DNA of 64,000 nucleotides from an uncultured Pseudomonadota bacterium (GTDB taxonomy: Bacteria > Pseudomonadota > Alphaproteobacteria > JACZXZ01): positions 104,232 to 168,231 of the forward strand of contig CAVVLJ010000002.1 in assembly GCA_963749075.1 (NCBI GenBank). The letters run 5' to 3'. Positions 18,069 to 28,380 of this stretch are shown here, piece after piece (the first letter of the stretch is position 1; each line of letters starts with the position of its first letter). Under the pieces are notes generated by a model. It was not told where the DNA came from. It worked only from the letters and a program-made list of their open reading frames with translations, and made no database searches. The position numbers and the translations under genes were made by a program.

Positions 18069-18088
18069 ATGCCGCGAGGAGGGAAGCG

Positions 18089-18757
18089 ATGACGGCGCGC
18101 ATCCTGGTGATCAACCCCAACAGCACCGTGGCGGTGACGCGCGGCATCGACGAGGCGGTCGAGCCGCTGCGCCTCAAGGGCGGCCCACGCATCGATTGCG
18201 CGACGCTCGCCGAGGGGCCGCCGGGGATCGAGAGCCAGCGCCACGTCGAGGAGGTGACGCTGCCGCTCTGCCGCCTCGTCGAGCGCGAGGACAACGCGAG
18301 CGACGCCTTCGTCATCGCCTGCTTCTCCGATCCCGGCCTCCATGCCGTGCGCGAGGCGACCAAGCATCCCGTCTTCGGCATCTCGGCGGCGGGCATCTCT
18401 TTGGCGCTCAATCTCGGCGAGCGCATCGGCGTCATCGCCATCCTCAAGGCCTCGGTTCGCGCCACGCGCGCTATTTCCGCGCCATGGGGATCGCCGAGCG
18501 CATCGCCGGCGAGCGGCCGATAGGCCTCGGCGTCGTCGAGCTCGCCGACGAGGCCCGCACGCTTTCGGCGCATGCGCGAGGTGGGTGCTGAGCTGCGCGA
18601 CGAGGACGGCGCCGACGTGCTGGTCATGGGCTGCGCCGGCATGGCGAAATTCCGAAGCCGCCTCGAGGAGACGCTCAAGATGCCGGTCGTCGAGCCGACC
18701 CAGGCGGCGGTCGGCATGGCGATTGCCGCCGTGCAGCTCGGCTACCGCACCGCCTGA
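18089..18757 (+). CDS. Hydantoin/Asp-Glu racemase with two apparent compensating frameshifts (~18457, ~18565)
   Basis: RILVINPNS, IACFSDPG and MGCAGM (two catalytic Cys); the middle segment is in another frame. Confidence 0.8.
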
Positions 18758-18762
18758 GCCGT

Positions 18763-18895
18763 CCCTCACCCGGCTCGCTCACGCTCGCCACCTTCTCCCG
18801 CAAGCGGGAGAGGGAATTCACGGCGCAAATCGGCCCCTCTCCCGCTTGCGGGAGAGGGAAGGGGCCCATCGCGCAAGCGATGGGAAGGGTGAGGG
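18763..18895. repeat. REP/RIME-like composite palindrome
   Basis: CCCTCACC...CTCCCGCAAGCGGGAGAGGG / CCCTCTCCCGCTTGCGGGAGAGGG...GGTGAGGG. Confidence 0.85.
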
Positions 18896-18962
18896 ACCGC
18901 TCCGCCCTCAATAAATCTCTGGCTTCGCGTTTCTTCGCTCGTCGTTATCAAAGGCTTGGGGT

Positions 18963-18983
18963 CTATATCACTTTGTGACATAG
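18963..18983. promoter_or_regulatory. Palindromic operator of the TA operon
   Basis: CTATATCAC-TTT-GTGACATAG directly upstream of the toxin remnant. Confidence 0.55.
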
Positions 18984-18990
18984 AAGATGG

Positions 18991-19071
18991 ATGATCGTCT
19001 ACAAGAGCAGGCCGTTCGATCGGGATGCGAGAAAGGGCGGCCGTCTGATCGAGGTCGAATGCGATGAGTAA
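18991..19071 (+). pseudogene. Internally deleted RelE/HigB-type toxin (26 aa)
   Basis: MIVYKSRPFDRDARKG (toxin-like N-terminus) fused in frame to GRLIEVECDE* (toxin-like C-terminus), overlapping the antitoxin start. Confidence 0.6.
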
Positions 19072-19366
19072 GATTCTGCGAGACGTGCACGAGGCGGCCC
19101 GCGACCTGTACGCCGCCGGAATGCTGCCCAAGACGACCATGCGTGAGTTTGACGCGCTCTGTCTCCATGTGGTGAAGAGCTACACGGCCAAGGGCATCAG
19201 GCGGATGCGCCGAAAGGCGCGCGTGAGCCAGGCTGTCTTCGCACATTTTCTGAACGTCGGAAAGACGACTGTTCAGCAGTGGGAGCAAGGGCACAAGCGC
19301 CCGAATGGCGCCGCCCTCAAGTTGCTCGAGCTGGTCGACCGCAAAGGACTCGGTGTCCTGGCGTAA
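19064..19366 (+). CDS. XRE/HigA-type HTH antitoxin or transcriptional regulator
   Basis: TMREFDALC...SQAVFAHFLNV...QWEQGHKRPNGAALKLL. Confidence 0.85.
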   Translation: MSKILRDVHEAARDLYAAGMLPKTTMREFDALCLHVVKSYTAKGIRRMRRKARVSQAVFAHFLNVGKTTVQQWEQGHKRPNGAALKLLELVDRKGLGVLA

Positions 19367-19398
19367 TTGCCGAATGTACGCACGTCCCTGCGCCGCCC

Positions 19399-21123
19399 TC
19401 AATGAATCTCCGGCTCGGGGATCGCCTCGGTGCCCTCGAGGAAGTCGAAGTCGCAGCCCTCGTGGGCCTGCGTGATGTGCTCGGCGAAGAGCTTGTTGTA
19501 GCCGCGCGGGTAGTGGCGGTTGGGCGGCGCCCATTCCGCGAGGCGGCGGGCGATCTCGGCGTCGTCGAGCTCGACGTTGAGGCGGCGCCTGGCCACGTCG
19601 ATCGCGATGCGGTCGCCCGTGCGCACGGCGGCTAAGGGGCCTCCGATGTGCGACTCGGGCGAGACGTGGAGCACGCAGGCGCCGTAGCTCGTGCCGCTCA
19701 TGCGCGCGTCCGAGATGCGCAGCATGTCGCGCACCCCTGCCTTGAGGAGCTTCTGCGGGATCGGCAGCATGCCCCATTCCGGCATGCCGGGCCCGCCGAC
19801 GGGGCCCGCGTTCTGCAGCACGAGCACCGTGTCCGGCGTGGCGTCGAGGTCGTCGCGGTTGACGTTGGCCGCCATCTCGTTGTAGTCGCGGAAGACGAGG
19901 GCCGGACCCGTGTGCCTCAAGAAGCGCTTCTCCGCCGCCGACGGCTTCATGACGCAGCCCTTGGGTGCTATGTTGCCGTAGAGCACCGCCGTCGCCCCCT
20001 CGGCATAGATCGCCTTGTCGAGCGGCCGGATCACGTCGGCGTTGTAGACCGCTGCACCCGCGATGTTCTCGCCGAGCGTTCGGCCATTGACGGTGAGGCA
20101 GGCGGTGTCGAGGTGCCCGCGGATGGTCTCGAGGAGTGCGCGCAGGCCGCCCGCGTAGAAGAAATCCTCCATGAGGAAAGCGCCCGAGGGCCGCAAGTTG
20201 GCGACGACGCCCATCTTGCGCGAGGCCGCCTCCACGTCGTCGAGCGAGAGCGGGATGCCGCAGCGCCGTGCCAAGGCGATGAGATGGATGATGGCGTTGG
20301 TCGAGCCGCCGAGCGCCATCTGCACCACGAGGGCGTTCTCGAAGGAGCCGCGCGAGAGCACGTCGCGCGGCCGGCGCTCCGCCCACACCATCTCGACCGC
20401 CTGCCGGCCGCTCTCGCGCGCCATGCGCGGGTGGCCGGCGTCGGCTGCCGGGATCGAGGAGGCACCGGGGAGCGTCATGCCGAGCGCCTCGGCGAGCGAG
20501 GTCAAGGTGGCGGCCGTGCCCATCACCATGCAATGGCCGTAGGAGCGCGCGATGCCGCCCTCGATCTCGCGCCAGGTCGCCTCGTCGATCTTGCCGGCCC
20601 CGCGCTCGGCCCAGTATTTCCAGCTATCGCTGCCGCTCCCCAGCACGTGGCCGGCCCAATTGCCGCGCAGCATGGGACCCGCGGGCATGAAGATCGCAGG
20701 CAGGTTCATGCTGATGGCGCCCATGAGGAGCCCGGGTGTCGTCTTGTCGCAGCCGCCCATGAGCACAGCGCCGTCGACCGGATGGCTGCGCAGGAGCTCC
20801 TCGGCCTCGAGCGCCAGGAGGTTGCGGTAGAGCATGGTCGTGGGCTTGACCATGGGCTCGGAGAGCGAGAGTGCCGGGAGCTCGACGGGGAAGCCGCCCG
20901 CCTGCCAGACGCCCTGCTTCACCTCCTCGACGCGGGTGCGGAAGTGGGCGTGGCAGGGGTTGATGTCGCTCCAGGTATTGAGGATGGCGATCACCGGCTT
21001 GCCGGCGAAATCCTCGCGCGCATAGCCCATCTGCAGCATGCGCGAGCGATGGCCGAAGGCGCGCAGGTCGTCGACGCCGAACCAGCGGTGGCTGCGCAGC
21101 TCCTCGGGCCTCAGCCTGCTCAT
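19399..21123 (-). CDS. IlvD/Edd family sugar-acid dehydratase (L-arabinonate dehydratase-like)
   Basis: NPCHAH, GCDKTTP, GGSTNA, GPGMPEWG, SDARMSGTSYG. Confidence 0.92.
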   Translation of the reverse strand: MSRLRPEELRSHRWFGVDDLRAFGHRSRMLQMGYAREDFAGKPVIAILNTWSDINPCHAHFRTRVEEVKQGVWQAGGFPVELPALSLSEPMVKPTTMLYRNLLALEAEELLRSHPVDGAVLMGGCDKTTPGLLMGAISMNLPAIFMPAGPMLRGNWAGHVLGSGSDSWKYWAERGAGKIDEATWREIEGGIARSYGHCMVMGTAATLTSLAEALGMTLPGASSIPAADAGHPRMARESGRQAVEMVWAERRPRDVLSRGSFENALVVQMALGGSTNAIIHLIALARRCGIPLSLDDVEAASRKMGVVANLRPSGAFLMEDFFYAGGLRALLETIRGHLDTACLTVNGRTLGENIAGAAVYNADVIRPLDKAIYAEGATAVLYGNIAPKGCVMKPSAAEKRFLRHTGPALVFRDYNEMAANVNRDDLDATPDTVLVLQNAGPVGGPGMPEWGMLPIPQKLLKAGVRDMLRISDARMSGTSYGACVLHVSPESHIGGPLAAVRTGDRIAIDVARRRLNVELDDAEIARRLAEWAPPNRHYPRGYNKLFAEHITQAHEGCDFDFLEGTEAIPEPEIH

Positions 21124-21944
21124 GAGCGGTCCTCCATGCCGAAAAAGCGCACGAGCTCCTCGACCTGCCCCTCGAGCATGAAGCGCCCGCCCATGGTGCG
21201 GCAGCCGCAAGATACGGCGTGGCGGAGGAGCGGGGTGAGCGGCGGCTTCATCACCACGTCGACGATGAGGAGGGCGGGATCGAGCGCTCCGAGCTCGGCC
21301 GGGAGGCCGTCGCCCGGCGTCATGCCGACGGGCGTCGCGTTGATGAGGATGTCATGGCCTTGGGCGGCGGGCTCGGCCGCGCGCGCGTCCGTGCGCGGAT
21401 AGGCGGCGGCGACGCGCGCGGCCAGCTCTACCGCCTTCCGTGCATCCACGTCGTAGATCGTCAATCGCGCAGCACCGGCGTCCGCCATGGCAAAGGCGGC
21501 GGCGCTTCCCGCACCGCCCGCGCCCAGCAGCATGACGCGCCGGCCCGCGATCGCGTGGCCCTCGGCGCGCAGGCTCCGCACCAGGCCGCGGCCGTCGAAC
21601 ATGTCGCCCGACCAGCTGCCGTCGGAATCGCGGCGCAGGGCATTGATGGCGCCGACCGCGGCCCCGGTCGGCAGCAGGCGGTCGGCATGAGGGAGGATGC
21701 GCGCCTTGTAGGGCACGGTGATGATGAGGCCGTCGAGATTGGCGAGCGCCTTGAGCGCCGGCACGATGTCGTCGAAGCGCTCGGGCGGGACGTGGAGGGG
21801 CACCAGGATCGCGTTGCGGCCGGCGGCACGGAAACGCGCGGTCATGACCTCGGGCGAGCGCACCTGGGCAATGGGATGGCCGATGATGCCGAAAAGCCGC
21901 GTCGAGCCGTCGACGATGGCAGGGCTTTCCGCGGCCGCGTTCAC
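21120..21944 (-). CDS. Shikimate dehydrogenase family protein
   Basis: GHPIAQVRSP, TVPYK, GAGGAG, NATPVGM. Confidence 0.88.
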   Translation of the reverse strand: MNAAAESPAIVDGSTRLFGIIGHPIAQVRSPEVMTARFRAAGRNAILVPLHVPPERFDDIVPALKALANLDGLIITVPYKARILPHADRLLPTGAAVGAINALRRDSDGSWSGDMFDGRGLVRSLRAEGHAIAGRRVMLLGAGGAGSAAAFAMADAGAARLTIYDVDARKAVELAARVAAAYPRTDARAAEPAAQGHDILINATPVGMTPGDGLPAELGALDPALLIVDVVMKPPLTPLLRHAVSCGCRTMGGRFMLEGQVEELVRFFGMEDRS

Positions 21945-23557
21945 GGCAGGACCTCCGGCAGCCCGTCGAGGAGGGCGAGTCGGGGCGAGAGCGAGCGGCC
22001 CGGCCGCGCCGCCAGGTCCGCCGCCAGGCCCATGCGCTCGGGCAGGAAGAGCCGCGCGTCCATGGGCTTGAGCGCGGGTGCTATCCGCGGCCGGAAGGCC
22101 ATGCGCGCGAGGATATCGCGCTCGAGCTCGATGCCGGGTGCCAACTCGATGAGCTCGATGCCGCTCTCGGCGAGACGGAAGACCGCGCGCTCGGTCACGT
22201 AGAGCACGCGCTGGCCGCGCGCGCTGCCAAAGGAGCCGCTATAGGTGATCTGCTCGACCGCGGCGACGAATTTCTGCTGGTTGCCGTCGCGCGCGATGCG
22301 GGTGACGCCGCCAGGCCAGGCGATCTCGCTCTTCCCTGCGCAGAAAGTGCCGCCGAAGACCACGCATTTGGCGTTCTGGCTGATGTTGATGAAGCCGCCT
22401 GGGCCCACGATGCGGCCGCCGAAGCGGCTCACGTTGACGTTGCCCTCGGCATCGACCTCGGCGAAGGAAAGGAAGGCGAGGTCGAGCCCGCCGCCGTCGT
22501 AGAAGTCGAACTGGTAGGGCTGGTCGATCATGGCGGCGTAGTTGCGCGAGGCGCCGGCCTCGTTCCCCGAGGCCGGTGCGCCGCCGATGAGGCCCTGCTC
22601 GTTGGTCAGGCAGACGGCGTCGAGCACGCCCTCCTCGGCGGCGATGTTGGCGATCCCCGTCGAGATGCCGGAACCGAGGTTGCACACCGCACCGGTGAAG
22701 AGCTCGGCGGCGGCGCGGCGCGCGATCACCTTGCGCGCGCCGTGCGGCAGCACCGCAATGTCGGAGAGCGGCGTCTTGAGCTCGCCGGCATAGGACGGGC
22801 TATAGGCGGTGAGATAGGTCTGGCGCTGCTCGGGCTCGACCACCACGAGGTCGACGAGGATGCCGGGTATCTTGACCGCCTTGGCGGGGAGCGTGCCGCG
22901 CTTGGCCAGGCGCTTCACCTGCACGATGACGATGCCGCCGCAGCGCCGCGCCGCCTGCGCCTCCGCCAGCACCTCGCCGAACACCGCCTCCTCCTCCATG
23001 GTGACGTTGCCGTCCTCGTCCGCCGTGGTGCCGCGGAGGAGCGCTGCGTCGATGTGGAAGGGCTTGTAGAAGAGGTACTCCCTGCCGCGGAACTCGACGA
23101 GCTCCACGAGGTCCTCCTTGGCGCTCTTGCTCTGCTTGCCGCCGCCGTGGCGCGGGTCGACGAAGGTGTGGAGGCCCGTCTCGGTCAGGAGCCCGGCGCG
23201 CCCCGCCGCCATCTCGCGGGTGAGCTGGGAGAGCGCTCCCTGCGGCAGCGTATAGCCCTCGATCTTGTCGGCGAGAGCAAGATCGGAGATGCGCGGCGAG
23301 TTCACGAAGGTGCCGCCCACGTCGCGCTTCAAGAGGCCCTCATGGGCGAAATGGCCAAGGCCAAGGGTGGCGTCGTCGCCGAGGCCGACCGGATGCACGA
23401 CCGTGAGCCTCCGCGGCTCGCCCTCCTTGAGGAAGCGCCGCCCGACGGCCGCCATCAGCGCCTCCGGCACCGCGTGGCCGCCGCCCGAGCCGCCCACGAT
23501 GAGCGTGTCGCCGGAGCGGATGAGCTTGACCGCCGCGTCGGCCGTGACGAGTCTCAA
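21941..23557 (-). CDS. Acyl-CoA:acetate/3-ketoacid CoA-transferase (YdiF/Pct family), TTG start
   Basis: GLHTFVDPR, NEQG, GNVNVS, GGFINISQ; GAGG SD before TTG at 23557. Confidence 0.88.
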   Translation of the reverse strand: MRLVTADAAVKLIRSGDTLIVGGSGGGHAVPEALMAAVGRRFLKEGEPRRLTVVHPVGLGDDATLGLGHFAHEGLLKRDVGGTFVNSPRISDLALADKIEGYTLPQGALSQLTREMAAGRAGLLTETGLHTFVDPRHGGGKQSKSAKEDLVELVEFRGREYLFYKPFHIDAALLRGTTADEDGNVTMEEEAVFGEVLAEAQAARRCGGIVIVQVKRLAKRGTLPAKAVKIPGILVDLVVVEPEQRQTYLTAYSPSYAGELKTPLSDIAVLPHGARKVIARRAAAELFTGAVCNLGSGISTGIANIAAEEGVLDAVCLTNEQGLIGGAPASGNEAGASRNYAAMIDQPYQFDFYDGGGLDLAFLSFAEVDAEGNVNVSRFGGRIVGPGGFINISQNAKCVVFGGTFCAGKSEIAWPGGVTRIARDGNQQKFVAAVEQITYSGSFGSARGQRVLYVTERAVFRLAESGIELIELAPGIELERDILARMAFRPRIAPALKPMDARLFLPERMGLAADLAARPGRSLSPRLALLDGLPEVLP

Positions 23558-23589
23558 GGACGGTACCTCACGACCTTGCGGCCTGATCT

Positions 23590-23740
23590 CCCTCTCCTCC
23601 TTCAGGAGGAGAGGGTCGGGGTGAGGAGGCAGCTTGGCCGGGCAAATCATCAGCCACGCAATCGCGTGCGCGCCGAGCCTCCTCACCCTCCCATCCCTTC
23701 GGGATGGGCCCCTCCCTCTCCTCCTGAAGGAGGAGAGGGG
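23590..23740. repeat. REP/RIME-like palindrome pair
   Basis: CCCTCTCCTCCTTCAGGAGGAGAGGG and CCCTCTCCTCCTGAAGGAGGAGAGGG hairpins. Confidence 0.8.
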
Positions 23741-23834
23741 TGTTTCCGCTTCTTCTCACCTGACCCTCCCTTGGTTTCCGCTGGTTCTAAGGTTTGCGGT
23801 GACGGGGTGTCAAATCCTCATTACCATGCCCCGC

Positions 23835-24629
23835 ATGGCCGAGAAGGACGAATGGAGAAACCGCGCGCGTCCCCGCGTCCTCGTGACCGGAGCGCGGCGC
23901 GGCATCGGACGCGGCATCGCCTGGGCCTTTGCCGAGGGCGGCTACGATGTCGTGGTGAACGATCTCGTGCGCGACAAGTTGGCCGAGGAGACGCTCGCCG
24001 GCATCGCGGAGCGCGGCGGCTCCGGCACCTTCGTCGGCGGCAGCATCGCCGAGCTGGCGGGGCTGGGAGCGCTCGTCGAGCGCGCCTTCGCGGCCTTCGG
24101 CGGTCTCGAGGTGCTCGTCAACAATGCCGGCATCTCGGTGAGAAGGCGCGCCGACATGCTGGAGGTGACGCCCGAGGGCTTCGACGAGCAGCTGGCGACC
24201 AACCTGCGCGGCCCCTTCTTCCTCACCCAGGAGGTGGCGCGCCGCTGGCTCGCCTCGCCCGCGGCGGCCCATCCGCGCTCGATCATCACCATCTCCTCCG
24301 TCAACGTCGAGATGGCGTCGCCCGACCGCGCGGAATACTGCATCGCCAAGACGGGCCTCGCGATGATGAGCAAGCTCTTCGCCGTGCGCCTGGCCGAGGC
24401 GGGCATCGCCGTCTTCGAGATCCGGCCCGGCATCATCCGCACCGACATGACCGCGGTCGTCAAGGAGCGCTACGACAGGCTCATCGCCGACGGCATCGCG
24501 CCGGTGAGGCGCTGGGGCGAGGCCAAGGACGTGGGCGGCGCTGCGCTCGCCTTGGCAGGCGGCCAATTCCACTTCTCGACCGGCCAGGCCGTCTACGTCG
24601 ACGGCGGGATGCATCTCCACCGGCTCTAG
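23835..24629 (+). CDS. Short-chain dehydrogenase/reductase
   Basis: TGARRGIG, NNAG, YCIAK, DGG. Confidence 0.9.
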   Translation: MAEKDEWRNRARPRVLVTGARRGIGRGIAWAFAEGGYDVVVNDLVRDKLAEETLAGIAERGGSGTFVGGSIAELAGLGALVERAFAAFGGLEVLVNNAGISVRRRADMLEVTPEGFDEQLATNLRGPFFLTQEVARRWLASPAAAHPRSIITISSVNVEMASPDRAEYCIAKTGLAMMSKLFAVRLAEAGIAVFEIRPGIIRTDMTAVVKERYDRLIADGIAPVRRWGEAKDVGGAALALAGGQFHFSTGQAVYVDGGMHLHRL

Positions 24630-24671
24630 ACGCGCCGCCGCTCGCCCTGCGCTCAAGCGAAAGGACAGACC

Positions 24672-25439
24672 ATGAGCGAGAACGTGAAGCTCGTCGTCGA
24701 GGGTGCGGTTGCCGAGATCCGGCTCGACCGTCCCGAGAAGCTCAATGCGGTGACACCCGAGATGGCCGCGGCGCTCAAGCGCCACTGCGAGGAGGTCGAC
24801 CGCGACGACGGCGTGCGCGCGGTCCTCATCAGCGGCGCCGGCACGCGCGCCTTCTCGGCCGGCAGCGACCTCAACTCCTTAGCCGAGTATCCATCGCCTT
24901 GGAAGTTCCGCAACCGCACGGAATACGCCCATGCCGTGCGCAGCATCCGGAAGCCGGTGGTGGCGGCGCTCAAGGGCTGGGTACTGGGCGGCGGCTGCGA
25001 GATGGCGCTCGCCGCCGACATCCGCGTGGCCGGCAGGAGCACGCGCTGCGGCTTTCCCGAGGTGAAGCGCGGCTGGGTGGGCGGCGGCGGGGCGTCGCAG
25101 ATGCTGCCGCGCCTGGTGGGCTACGGCCAGGCCATGCGGCTCCTCCTCACGGGCGAGACGGTTGCGGCCGAGGAGGCGCTCAGGCTCGGCCTCGTCGAGA
25201 TACTGGTCGAGGACGGCGAGGTCGAGGCGCGCGCGCGGCAGCTCTGCCGCGAGATCGCCGCCTTGAGCCCGCTCGCCGTCGAGGCGGTCAAGGCGTCGGT
25301 GAGGATGGCGCTCTCGGCCGGCCTCGAGGCGGGCCTGAGCTACGAGAACGAGATGAACACCCTCTGCTTCGCGGCGGGCGATCACTTGGAGGGCATCCGC
25401 GCCTTCCGCGAGAAGCGACCGGCGGAGTTCAAGGCCTGA
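24672..25439 (+). CDS. Enoyl-CoA hydratase/isomerase family
   Basis: FSAGSDL, GGGCE, PEVKRG. Confidence 0.9.
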   Translation: MSENVKLVVEGAVAEIRLDRPEKLNAVTPEMAAALKRHCEEVDRDDGVRAVLISGAGTRAFSAGSDLNSLAEYPSPWKFRNRTEYAHAVRSIRKPVVAALKGWVLGGGCEMALAADIRVAGRSTRCGFPEVKRGWVGGGGASQMLPRLVGYGQAMRLLLTGETVAAEEALRLGLVEILVEDGEVEARARQLCREIAALSPLAVEAVKASVRMALSAGLEAGLSYENEMNTLCFAAGDHLEGIRAFREKRPAEFKA

Positions 25440-25453
25440 CGGCGGCGGTTGCC

Positions 25454-26480
25454 ATGGCAAGGAAGCGGCGCATCGCGGTCGTCGGGCTCGGCATGGCGCT
25501 CAAGCCCCATCTCCAGAGCCTGATGGAGCTCGCCGACCGCGTCGAGATCGCCGCCTGCTACGCGCCGAGCGAGGCGCGGCGCCAAGCCTTTGCCGCGGCT
25601 CACCGCCATCCGCTCGCGGCGGATCTCGAGAGCATCCTCGGCGACCCCACCATCGACGCGGTCCTCCTCCTGACCCCGCCGAGCAGCCACCTCGAGCTCG
25701 TCGAGCGTGCAGCCGCCGCGGGCAAGCACGTGCTCCTCGAGAAGCCGGTCGAGGTGACGGTCGCGCGCGCCGAGCGGCTGGTCGGGGCGATGGAGCGTGC
25801 CGGATTGAGGCTGGGGGTCGTGCTGCAGCACCGCTTCCGCGCCGTCTCGCGCCGCTTGGGCTCCCTCGTCGCCGCGGGCGAGCTCGGGCGCCTCGTCTCC
25901 GGCTCGGCGGCCGTGCGCTGGTGGCGCCCGCCCGAATATTTCGCTGCCGGCGGGCGCGGCAGCAAGGCACGCGACGGCGGCGGCGTGCTCCTCACCCAGG
26001 CGATCCACACCCTCGATCTTTTCCTGAGCCTGGCCGGGCCGATCAGCCAAGTGGCAGCCTTTGCCGCCACCTCGCCCTTGCGCAAAATCGACACCGAGGA
26101 CGTGGTGGGTGCCGCCATCCGCTTCGCGGACGGCGCCATCGGCACCATCGACGCGACGACGGTCGCCTTTCCCGGCTTTCCCGAGCGCATCGAGCTCGCC
26201 TGCGAGAAGGGCACGGCCGTGCTCGCGGCCGAGACGCTCGAACGTCTATTTCAAGGACGGCCGGCGCCTCCACGAGTCGAGCGGGCCGTCCGAGAGCGGC
26301 GGCGCCGATCCCATGGCCTTCGCCAACGACGCGCACAAGGCGCTCATCGCCGACTTCCTCGACGCCCTCGACGAGGGCAGGCCACCGGCGGTCCATGGCC
26401 GCGAGGCGCTCAAGGTGCAGCGCCTGATCGAGGCGATCCTCGCCTCGTCGGCGGAGGGCCGCCCCATGGAGATAGCATGA
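25454..26480 (+). CDS. Gfo/Idh/MocA oxidoreductase with an apparent +1 frameshift near 26241
   Basis: VVGLG, EKP, GGGVLLTQAIHTLD; C-terminus continues in the frame of ORF 26061-26480. Confidence 0.8.
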
Positions 26481-27475
26481 GCATGGCAAGGATCTTCCTC
26501 ACCCACGTGCCGGACATGCTGGCCAACTACTACGGCCCGCGCGCGCTCGCAGCCCTCAAGGCGCTCGGCGAGGTGCGCGTCAACGAGAGCGGCCGCGTGC
26601 TCGACGCGGCGGCGCTCGCCGAGGCGGCGCGGGGCTGCGAGATCGTCGTCTCCGACCGCCAGACGCAAGGCCCCGCCGCCTTCTTCGCGGCGGCGCCCGA
26701 TGTCGTCGCCTTCCTCCGCGTCGCGGTCGACATCCGCAACATCGACGTGGCGGCGGCGAGTGCGGCAGGCGTGCTTGTGACGCACGCGACGCCGGGCTTC
26801 GTCGCCTCGGTCGCGGAGATGGCGGTGGGCTTCATGGTCGATCTCGCCCGCCACGTCTCGGATTCGGTGCTCGTCTATCGCCAGGGCGCCGTGCCCGGGG
26901 CGCGCACGGGCCGCCAGCTCAAGGGCTCCGTGCTCGGCATCATCGGCTATGGCGTCATCGGCCAGTACTTGGCCGCGCTCGGCAAGGCGCTCGGCATGAC
27001 GGTGGTGGTGGCCGACCCCTACAAGAAGGTCGCGGATCCCGCGCTGCGCCAGGCGAGCCTCGAGGACCTCCTCGCCGCGGCCGATTTCGTGGTCTGCCTC
27101 GCGGTGGCGACGGAGGAGACCGAGAACCTGATGGACGCCGCCGCCTTCGCGCATATGCGTGGAAGCGCCTATTTCATCAATCTCTCGCGCGGCAATCTGG
27201 TGGACGAGGCGGCGCTCGAGCGGGCGCTCGCCGAGAAGCGCATCGCGGGTGCCGCACTCGACGTGGGGCGCGCCCACGACCAGATGCCCTCCCTCGATCT
27301 CGCGCGGCGCCCGGACGTGATCGCAACCCCGCACGCCGCGGGCCTGACGCCCGAGGCCATCGAGCACCAGGCCTTCGATACGGTCGCGCAAGTGGCGGAG
27401 CTCGTGGCCGGCCGCCTGCCGCCGGGTGCGGTGAACGCCGAGGCGGCGACGCGCCTCAAGCGCCTCAGGGCGTGA
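26477..27475 (+). CDS. D-isomer-specific 2-hydroxyacid dehydrogenase
   Basis: GIIGYGVIG, INLSRG, ALDV, TPHAAG. Confidence 0.88.
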   Translation: MSMARIFLTHVPDMLANYYGPRALAALKALGEVRVNESGRVLDAAALAEAARGCEIVVSDRQTQGPAAFFAAAPDVVAFLRVAVDIRNIDVAAASAAGVLVTHATPGFVASVAEMAVGFMVDLARHVSDSVLVYRQGAVPGARTGRQLKGSVLGIIGYGVIGQYLAALGKALGMTVVVADPYKKVADPALRQASLEDLLAAADFVVCLAVATEETENLMDAAAFAHMRGSAYFINLSRGNLVDEAALERALAEKRIAGAALDVGRAHDQMPSLDLARRPDVIATPHAAGLTPEAIEHQAFDTVAQVAELVAGRLPPGAVNAEAATRLKRLRA

Positions 27476-27498
27476 CGGCAAGAGGGAGGAAGCCCAGC

Positions 27499-28341
27499 AT
27501 GGCAAGCAGCGAAGCGGCTCAAGGACCCCGGCTCAAGGCGCCTCCCGGCGCCTGCGACACCCATATGCACTTCTACGACAGCCGCTATCCGGTGGCGGCG
27601 ACGGCAGTCTCGCCGCCGCCCGAGGCCAGCGTCGAGGACTATCGGGCGGTGCAGCGCCGCCTCGGCCTCGCGCGCACCGTCGTGGTGCAGCCCTCGGCCT
27701 ACGGCCTCGACAACCGCTGCACGCTCGCCGGCATCGCGGCCTTGGGCCTCGAGCGCGCGCGCGGCATCGCGGTCGTCGACGACCGCGTGACGGATGCCGA
27801 GCTCGAGCGCCTCACCGGCGCCGGCATCCGAGGCGTCCGCTTCCACATGCTGCCGGGCGGCGCCATCCCTTGGGCCATCCTCGACGCGGTCGCCGCGCGC
27901 GTGGCGGCCGCGGGCTGGCACGTGCAGCTCCAGCTCGACGGGCGCCTTTTGCCCGACCGCGAGGCGCAGATCAGAGCCTGGCCCGGCCGCGCCGTCATCG
28001 ATCACGTGGGCAAGTTCCTCGAGCCCGTGCCGCCCGAGCATGCCGCCTTCCGCTGCCTCCTCCGCCTCGTCGAAAGCGGCCGCGTGTGGGTCAAGCTCTC
28101 CGCACCCTACGAGGTGTCGAAGGCGGGGCCGCCGCTCTACGCCGACGTGGGCCGCCTCGCCAAGGCGCTGGTCAGGGCAGCACCCGAGCGCATGCTGTGG
28201 GCGAGCAACTGGCCGCATCCCTCGGTCAAGGTGCCGCCCGACGACGCGCTCCTCCTCGACCTCCTCCTCGACTGGGCGCCCGACGAAGCCGTGCGCCGGC
28301 GCATCCTCGTCGACAACCCGGCCGAGCTCTACGGGTTCTGA
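27499..28341 (+). CDS. Amidohydrolase_2 family lactonase (LigI/sugar-lactonase-like)
   Basis: CDTHMH, VQPS, IDH, VKLSA, WASNWPH, DNPAELY. Confidence 0.88.
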   Translation: MASSEAAQGPRLKAPPGACDTHMHFYDSRYPVAATAVSPPPEASVEDYRAVQRRLGLARTVVVQPSAYGLDNRCTLAGIAALGLERARGIAVVDDRVTDAELERLTGAGIRGVRFHMLPGGAIPWAILDAVAARVAAAGWHVQLQLDGRLLPDREAQIRAWPGRAVIDHVGKFLEPVPPEHAAFRCLLRLVESGRVWVKLSAPYEVSKAGPPLYADVGRLAKALVRAAPERMLWASNWPHPSVKVPPDDALLLDLLLDWAPDEAVRRRILVDNPAELYGF

Positions 28342-28380
28342 GCCGGGGCACCGGCTCGGCGGGCGGCCGCCGAAATTGTA

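Noticed and set aside
22742-27475. 1577-aa ORF suggesting a giant fusion protein
   Set aside because: Artefact of stop-poor GC-rich frames plus the frameshift at ~26241. The real genes are SDR, ECH, Gfo and 2-hydroxyacid DH, each with its own start.
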